This document shows positions 57,915 through 64,000 of a stretch of DNA of 64,000 bases, piece by piece. How positions within the stretch are numbered: position 1 is the first letter of the stretch; each line of letters opens with the position of its first letter. Position numbers and translations under genes: made by a program. The notes beneath the pieces are model-generated. The model had not been told where the DNA came from, made no database searches, and was given only the letters and a program-made list of their open reading frames with translations. The stretch comes from an uncultured bacterium (GTDB taxonomy: Bacteria > Desulfobacterota_D > UBA1144 > Nemesobacterales > UBA2774). The stretch lies in the NCBI GenBank assembly GCA_963825135.1, contig CAWGRW010000009.1, positions 2,048,001 to 2,112,000 of the forward strand, read 5' to 3'.

Positions 57915-60587
57915 ATGAATAAAGTCGATAAAAAGAAACCCGGGAAAACAAATAAGTCCGTAATTGATTCCGGAAACCATCTGTTGGCGGTTCTCGATAC
58001 GGTGGGGGAAGGGATTGTGACGATCGATTCCGAGGGCACGGTTATCATGGTCAACAGAGAATTCGAAAATATCTGGGGTTATCAGCGCGACGAGATAATC
58101 GGAGTCAACCTGACGATTCTCATGCCGGAGAAATACAGGGGCGCTCACAAAGCCGGTATGAAGCGCTACCTCTCGACAAGAGAGGCTGTCGTTCTCGGCC
58201 GCAGGCTTGAGCTCGAGGGTCTCAGAAAAGACGGGTCCGTCTTCCCTCTCGAAATCCGCATAACCGAAACGGAGATAAACCGTGACGTCTATTTTACCGC
58301 GGCGGTTCGGGACCTTACCGATCTTAAAAAAGCGGCCAAGCTCCTGCACGACGAAGCGCAGCTAAGGAGGCAGAACGAAGTTCTTCTGGAGCTTGCAAAG
58401 AGCGAAGCGATCGAAGCGGGAGACCTCGACGCGATCCTGATAAAGATAACTGAAGCAGCGACTAGAACACTGGGAGTCGAGAGGGCTAATATATGGTTAT
58501 ACGATGAGGCGCGGACCCGGATCCATTGTATCGAGCAGTATGAGGCCGGGACCGGAAAGCACTCCGACGGAGCCGAGTTGTCAGCCTCCGACTACCCGAC
58601 GTACTTCAAGGCTCTGGAGAACGAAAGAATTATTGCCGCGCACGACGCCGCAACCGATCCAAGGACGTCGGAGTTCGACGAAACGTATCTCAAACCGTTG
58701 GGTATCACTTCCATGCTCGATGCCCCGGTAAGGCTTAAGGGGCGAATGATAGGACTGATATGCCATGAGCACATGGGGCCGCAGAGGACGTGGACCCTCG
58801 AAGAACAGAACTTCGCGGGATCTGTCGCAGACCTGCTTTCGCTCGCTCTGGAAGCGAGAGAGCGGAAAAGGGTGGAGAAATCCCTGAGAGAGAGCGAGGA
58901 AAAATTCCGCACATTAGTTGAAAATACATATGACTATATCTATGAAGCGAGCATCGACGGCAAATTCCTTTACCTGAGCTCCAAACACAAGGATGTCCTC
59001 GGTTATGATCCCCAGGAATTTATCGGCAGTGATATATTTGAGCTGATCTACCCGGAAGACCGTCCGGCGGTGATGGAGGTATTTCAAAAGATTATTAATA
59101 CCTCGACCTCGGGACACGCCGTATACAGGTACCGGCACAAGAACGGTGACTGGCTCTGGTTTGAAGCTACCGGCAGGCCATACGTAACTATGGGCGGTAA
59201 GACGCGGATACTCATCTTCAGCAGGGAAATCACGGAGAGGAAGAATGCCGAGGAAGCCCTCAAAGAGACGCTCGGCCAGCTCTCCAGGAAAAACAGATAT
59301 GAGACTATAATCAGCGCGGTTACCAGGAGCGTTCACCAATCGACGGACCTGGAAAACGTGCTTGAAAACGCCGTCCAGGCGATATTCGAGAACATAGAAA
59401 AGGCCGATAGCGTATCTATTTATTTTGTAGAAGGGGAGGAAGCCGTTCTAAAAGCGCACAGGGGTTATGTCGACTGGTATATAAAGAGGGTAGCCAGAAT
59501 CCCATATCCCCGCGGATACGCATGGAAGGTGATTATGGATGAAAATCCGAGGTATTGCCCGGATACGGAGATGGATACCGTGATAGGGCCCGCGGGAAGA
59601 GAGTTAGGAATAAAATGCTATTTGTCCCTTCCGATCCTTTATGCGGGTAAGACTATAGGTACGATAAATATTAACTCGTTCCAGAAGGGGGCGTTCGATG
59701 AGGAGGAGCTGAAACTCCTCGAGATAGTGGGTGATCAGATTTCGGTCGCGATAGGTAACGCCAGGCAGAAAGGGGCGCTCCAGGAAGCGATGTCCGAAGT
59801 TGAGCTGCTAAAAAAGCGGCTTAAGAATAATAAGCTCTTTTTGCCCGAGGAAGAAACGCGCGAGCTGCATTTCGAAGGGATCATAGGCAAATGCTCTCCG
59901 CTGCGCAAGGCGATGTTCATGGCGGAGCGGATCGCTCCCACGGATTCTGCAGTGCTGATCAAGGGCGAGCCGGGCACGGGCAAGCATTTATTCGCGGAGA
60001 CTATTCACAGGATGTCTGTGAGGGCCGAAAACCCTTTCGTGAAAATCAACCTTAAGGGCCATGAGGGAGGCCTTGCCGAGGTTCGGATGTTCGGGTTTGA
60101 AGAAAAGGGTGCCGACAGCACCGCTATTTCCCTTTCCGTAGGCAGCGTGGAGCTCGCAAATAACGGCACTGTATATATTAAAGATATCAGCGGGTTGTCC
60201 ATAAATATACAGAGAATACTATTGTCCATATTACAGGAAGGGGAGTTCGTTCGTCCCGGCAGCTCGCGTGCAATTAAAGTGAATGTCAGGGTCATTGCGG
60301 GGACGAACGGGGAACTGGAGAAGTCGGTGGAGGACGGACTATTTCTCGAAGACCTGTTTCATGAGCTCAGCGGGTCTCAGATTATACTACCGCCGTTGAA
60401 AGAGAGGTTGGAAGATATCCCACTTCTTGCCCAGCATTTCTTATTAAAGCACGGTAAAAAGCCCGGGAAGGAATTGAAATCCATATCACAGCATCTGCTG
60501 GACAATTTTGATTCTTATGATTGGACGGATAACGTCAGGCAGCTCGAAAGAATAATAAAAGACGCCGTTGCCGCATCCGGCACCTGA
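57915..60587 (+). CDS. PAS-GAF-PAS-GAF sensor with degenerate sigma54-activator-type AAA+ domain and no HTH
   Basis: PAS (GLRKDGSVFP; RHKNGDWLW), two GAF domains, Walker A GEPGTGK; GAFTGA replaced by GADSTA. Confidence 0.88.
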   Translation: MNKVDKKKPGKTNKSVIDSGNHLLAVLDTVGEGIVTIDSEGTVIMVNREFENIWGYQRDEIIGVNLTILMPEKYRGAHKAGMKRYLSTREAVVLGRRLELEGLRKDGSVFPLEIRITETEINRDVYFTAAVRDLTDLKKAAKLLHDEAQLRRQNEVLLELAKSEAIEAGDLDAILIKITEAATRTLGVERANIWLYDEARTRIHCIEQYEAGTGKHSDGAELSASDYPTYFKALENERIIAAHDAATDPRTSEFDETYLKPLGITSMLDAPVRLKGRMIGLICHEHMGPQRTWTLEEQNFAGSVADLLSLALEARERKRVEKSLRESEEKFRTLVENTYDYIYEASIDGKFLYLSSKHKDVLGYDPQEFIGSDIFELIYPEDRPAVMEVFQKIINTSTSGHAVYRYRHKNGDWLWFEATGRPYVTMGGKTRILIFSREITERKNAEEALKETLGQLSRKNRYETIISAVTRSVHQSTDLENVLENAVQAIFENIEKADSVSIYFVEGEEAVLKAHRGYVDWYIKRVARIPYPRGYAWKVIMDENPRYCPDTEMDTVIGPAGRELGIKCYLSLPILYAGKTIGTININSFQKGAFDEEELKLLEIVGDQISVAIGNARQKGALQEAMSEVELLKKRLKNNKLFLPEEETRELHFEGIIGKCSPLRKAMFMAERIAPTDSAVLIKGEPGTGKHLFAETIHRMSVRAENPFVKINLKGHEGGLAEVRMFGFEEKGADSTAISLSVGSVELANNGTVYIKDISGLSINIQRILLSILQEGEFVRPGSSRAIKVNVRVIAGTNGELEKSVEDGLFLEDLFHELSGSQIILPPLKERLEDIPLLAQHFLLKHGKKPGKELKSISQHLLDNFDSYDWTDNVRQLERIIKDAVAASGT

Positions 60588-60605
60588 GGGCCGGGAATAG
60601 TTTAA

Positions 60606-63452
60606 ATGAAGAAAAATTATAGGAACCTGAATCAGGCGCTTCTTACAGCGCTCATGACTTATTCCGGGAGAATTTGTTACAAGTCCAAGCGGGAGGGAGA
60701 GTTCCGGGATATATCGTTCGGGGATTTTAAGAAGCTGGTCCTCCGGTTGTCGGCATATCTTCTCGGCAAGGGGTTTGAACCCGGGTCGAGAGTAATAATT
60801 TTTTCGGAAAATTCGCCGGAGTGGATGGCTGTCTGTATAGCGTCCCTGTTTTCAGGCGGGATTGTCATTCCCGTAGCCGCGAATTCCAAGCCCGAACTAT
60901 TGAACCGCATACTAAAAGATTCATCGGCGTCGCTAGTGTTCGTGCAAAACGTTTTTCAGGCGGCCGGTGTCGGGAATATGTGTGAGAACAAACCTTCTAT
61001 AATAGTTATGGAGGATATCGACGGAAGCGGGGATCGGACGATGCACCTCACTTCTATTGGTAAAGGCTCAATTACGGAGGAGGATGTCAAAGCGGTAAAG
61101 ATACGCGCCGAGAGCGTAAACCCGGAATCTACTGCCCTAATTTTCTACACCGCCAAAGAGACAGGGGTTCCGAGGGGCGTCGTGTTCTCACACGGCAGGA
61201 TGCTCGATACACTCACCCACGTTTCGGAATGGTTTGGTCTGGACGAATTCGACCTGGGGTTCACATCTACGAACTGGAGCAATTTCCAGAGTTTCGTGAT
61301 CGCCCTCGAATACATATATTCAGGCATTGGGAATGCGCTCTCCCAGAGCATAGATACCGTATTCGAGGACCTTCAGCAGACGAGTCCCACTGTCACCATG
61401 ACAAGCCCATTTGCCCTGGAGTATATTCACAGACGAATTATGCACGAGCTTGACGAGATGCCTGAGTCGAGGCGGAAAATTTTCCAGTGGGCGCTTGCAC
61501 TTGGAAGGCAATACCGCTCCGAGGAGTCCACGGCGTCAAAGGAGCTGCGTGAGCAGTATACCCGCGCAGATATGGCATTTTTCGGGAGGATGAGGGCGAT
61601 ACTGGGAGGGAGGCTCCTGCGGATTTATTGCGCGGGTGCTCATTTGTCGAGGGAGCTCGCCGGTTTCGCCGAGGCCATAGGACTGTTGCCCCTGAACGTT
61701 TATTCAATCGTTGAGGCTGGCGGCTTTCCTGCCTTGAGCCGCCCTTACGCCCGCAGGATGGGTTCCTGCGGTCAGGTCGCTCCGGGTTTCCAGATAAGAA
61801 TCTCGGACGAAGGCGAAGTCCTGGTGCGAGGAGAAACGGTTTCCGCCAGTTACTGGAACTCCCAGGAGCAATATGAGAATCTCTTTGACAGGGACGGGTG
61901 GTTCCGTACCGGAGATTTGGGGAAGTTCGACCAGGACGGGTATCTGTTCCTGACCGGTCATAAGGAGTCAATTTTCCTCCTGTCAAACGGCCATAAAATC
62001 GTACCGTCCAAAATTGAGAACTATATCGCGGACAACCCCTTCATAACGCAAGCCCTCGTATTCGGCGAAGGTAAATCCTATGTGTCTGCTTTGATCGTTC
62101 CGAATTTTCAGGTAATCGGGGAATATCTAACCGCTTATGAATCTTCACAACAAAACGGCGACATGCCTATCGATACGTTTAATCCGGCGGTTAAGGCGCT
62201 CATAGATAAAACGGTCTCGGATGTAAATAATCAGCTGAACGTGTGGGAAAAGATACAGGCGTATACGATGATCGATAAGCCATTCAGCGGGTATGGTTCG
62301 GATTCGGCGGAGCTCGAAAGGAGCGACCGGGCCGAAGTTCTAAAGAAATACTCGCTCTATATCAACGCTATGTATCCCGACACCCTCAAGATCGATAACG
62401 ACGATATAAAGCTCGTGCAGCTCGATCCCGACCAGCTTCGCGACCTTCTCGAAAAGCAGGACATTCTGACCGCATGGATGGAAGAAGCCGGCATCGGGTT
62501 TTTGCTGGATCTCGCGCGTTCCAAAGGCATTGACGCACTATCCATGGTGAACATTTGCGAGACCGCGACCAGCATCGCGCAGATGCAGAGCGAGGAAAAA
62601 CCTATATCCACCGCTCTTATCGTTGGCGATCCGACGCACATATCCAGCGTGCTGCCCGACGGGGAGATACAATTTCACCGTTTCGATCATATAAGGCGTA
62701 TGCAGCAGGTGGTTATCGCCCTGGCGAAAATAGTCGACGGTGTGGTGCTGGGTTACGGGATAGATAAATACGGGTATCTGAGGCGTGTCCATAAGCTGGA
62801 AATAGATGCGGATGGTCCGTCTAACTTTCTCCTGGGTCCGCAGTTCAGGAAGCATGCCGCGATATCGAGCAAGTGCGATGCGATTGTATTCTATGTGCCG
62901 GTAGGCGGCAGGCAGGTGCGGGTATTTTCGGACGGGCAGATGGTCGCGAGGTATTCGAACGGGAACTGGATGGCCGAGAACTTTCCGCACATCGACGAGA
63001 CCGTCGAAAGGCTTGCTCTCAAAAAGAGCTATGACGTCGAACTCCTGAGGCGAATTTTTCGTTGTGCTTTCCTGATGTCGGAGAGGAACCTGGGAGCTAT
63101 TTTCGTTGTCGGTGAGTCTGATAAAATATTGAAGAAGTCGGACCCTCCTGAAATAAGCCCTTACGCGACGATAACCAATGCTTATATAGGCAAATTGACG
63201 GACAGCGAGATAATAAATTTTGCGAAACAGGACGGGGCGACTATAATAGATTCGGCCGAAGGCGCGTTTCGGGGCTGTATGGTACTTCTACGTCCCAGCG
63301 CCGATACCCAGGCGGAGATAGGGATAGGCAAGGGCTCGAGACACTCGAGCGCGTCAAAAATGAGCGCAGAGGCGGGGTGTCTTGCAATCACTGTATCCCA
63401 GGACGGTCCGATCACCGTGTACGACAGCGGGGAGCGTATTATGACCATATAG
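60606..63452 (+). CDS. AMP-binding (long-chain acyl-CoA synthetase-like) domain fused to DisA_N/diadenylate cyclase-like domains
   Basis: SENSPEW, GEVLVRG, GWFRTGDLG, SNGHKIVP; C-terminal GAIFVVG, QDGATIID, GSRHSSA, VSQDG. Confidence 0.85.
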   Translation: MKKNYRNLNQALLTALMTYSGRICYKSKREGEFRDISFGDFKKLVLRLSAYLLGKGFEPGSRVIIFSENSPEWMAVCIASLFSGGIVIPVAANSKPELLNRILKDSSASLVFVQNVFQAAGVGNMCENKPSIIVMEDIDGSGDRTMHLTSIGKGSITEEDVKAVKIRAESVNPESTALIFYTAKETGVPRGVVFSHGRMLDTLTHVSEWFGLDEFDLGFTSTNWSNFQSFVIALEYIYSGIGNALSQSIDTVFEDLQQTSPTVTMTSPFALEYIHRRIMHELDEMPESRRKIFQWALALGRQYRSEESTASKELREQYTRADMAFFGRMRAILGGRLLRIYCAGAHLSRELAGFAEAIGLLPLNVYSIVEAGGFPALSRPYARRMGSCGQVAPGFQIRISDEGEVLVRGETVSASYWNSQEQYENLFDRDGWFRTGDLGKFDQDGYLFLTGHKESIFLLSNGHKIVPSKIENYIADNPFITQALVFGEGKSYVSALIVPNFQVIGEYLTAYESSQQNGDMPIDTFNPAVKALIDKTVSDVNNQLNVWEKIQAYTMIDKPFSGYGSDSAELERSDRAEVLKKYSLYINAMYPDTLKIDNDDIKLVQLDPDQLRDLLEKQDILTAWMEEAGIGFLLDLARSKGIDALSMVNICETATSIAQMQSEEKPISTALIVGDPTHISSVLPDGEIQFHRFDHIRRMQQVVIALAKIVDGVVLGYGIDKYGYLRRVHKLEIDADGPSNFLLGPQFRKHAAISSKCDAIVFYVPVGGRQVRVFSDGQMVARYSNGNWMAENFPHIDETVERLALKKSYDVELLRRIFRCAFLMSERNLGAIFVVGESDKILKKSDPPEISPYATITNAYIGKLTDSEIINFAKQDGATIIDSAEGAFRGCMVLLRPSADTQAEIGIGKGSRHSSASKMSAEAGCLAITVSQDGPITVYDSGERIMTI

Positions 63453-63533
63453 ATTGGACCGGCTCACTCTGATTTCTTTGAGTGAGACGGTATCCGGCGG
63501 CCAAGCAAAAAAGAGCCTGAAATATTATTAAAG

Positions 63534-63562
63534 TTGACGGCAGGATTTAAATAAGTTAAAAT
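63534..63562 (+). promoter_or_regulatory. Sigma70-type promoter for the cold-shock gene (long 5' UTR)
   Basis: TTGACG-N17-TAAAAT about 100 bp upstream of the ATG. Confidence 0.6.
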
Positions 63563-63664
63563 ACAGTTAAGGTTGCAGTAGTTCTTGTCAAATGTAAGAT
63601 TACCATCTGAAAGCGATTTTGAACCACTTGCATAACCCAATTTAAAATAGGAGGTAGCACCCTA

Positions 63665-63874
63665 ATGGCAGAACGTAAAATTGGCACTGTAAAGTGGTTC
63701 AATTCTACAAAAGGTTTCGGTTTCATTGAGGTAGAGAACGGCGAAGACGTTTTCGTACATTACAGTGAAATTAAAGCGACCGGCTTCCGCACGTTGGAAG
63801 AAGGTCAGCGCGTAGAGTTCACCGTTGTAAAGGGACAGAAAGGTCCCCAGGCTCAGAATGTAGTACTGGCTTAA
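63665..63874 (+). CDS. cspA: Cold-shock protein
   Basis: GTVKWFN, KGFGFI, DVFVHYS; GGAGG RBS. Confidence 0.97.
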   Translation: MAERKIGTVKWFNSTKGFGFIEVENGEDVFVHYSEIKATGFRTLEEGQRVEFTVVKGQKGPQAQNVVLA

Positions 63875-63886
63875 CGGAAAAAATTG

Positions 63887-63922
63887 GTGAGCCGGATACC
63901 CCGGCTCACTTCTTTCCTTTTA
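63887..63922 (+). terminator. Intrinsic terminator after the csp gene
   Basis: GTGAGCCGG-ATACC-CCGGCTCAC followed by a T-rich tract. Confidence 0.8.
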
Positions 63923-64000
63923 TTAACCCCTGTCTACTCAAAAGCTCTTATGCTTCCGATCTTAAACTTCTGGTTTCCGGTGATCTGATTAAATTCCACC

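Overview
Bacterial chromosome window of roughly 55% GC by eye. The rpoH and housekeeping gene style suggest a deltaproteobacterial-like or Desulfobacterota-related lineage, possibly Ca. Dadabacteria (inference only). Bases 1-20.4 kb are core genes: rpoB (5'-truncated), rpoC, valS, purF, purL, a PrsW-family protease, rlmN, alaS, rpoH and tRNA-Asn. Directly after the tRNA lie an AT-rich EEP-nuclease gene and a decayed tyrosine-integrase remnant, followed by about 42 kb of accessory stress and sugar genes. Two systems stand out. (1) A predicted regulatory cascade: a GAF-containing sigma54 activator faces a perfect sigma54 promoter that drives a STAS protein and an ECF sigma factor. A five-copy promoter motif, RRATCC-N16-CGT(C/A)TA, sits in front of the anti-sigma gene, a secreted protein, msrB and two large sugar-oxidation/aquaporin operons. 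(2) At 57.9-63.5 kb, a PAS/GAF sensor with a catalytically dead sigma54-type AAA+ domain is paired with a fusion of a degenerate acyl-CoA-synthetase-like domain to tandem diadenylate-cyclase (DAC)-like domains. Three single-base homopolymer insertions (one in valS, two in a GH63 gene) look like sequencing errors.
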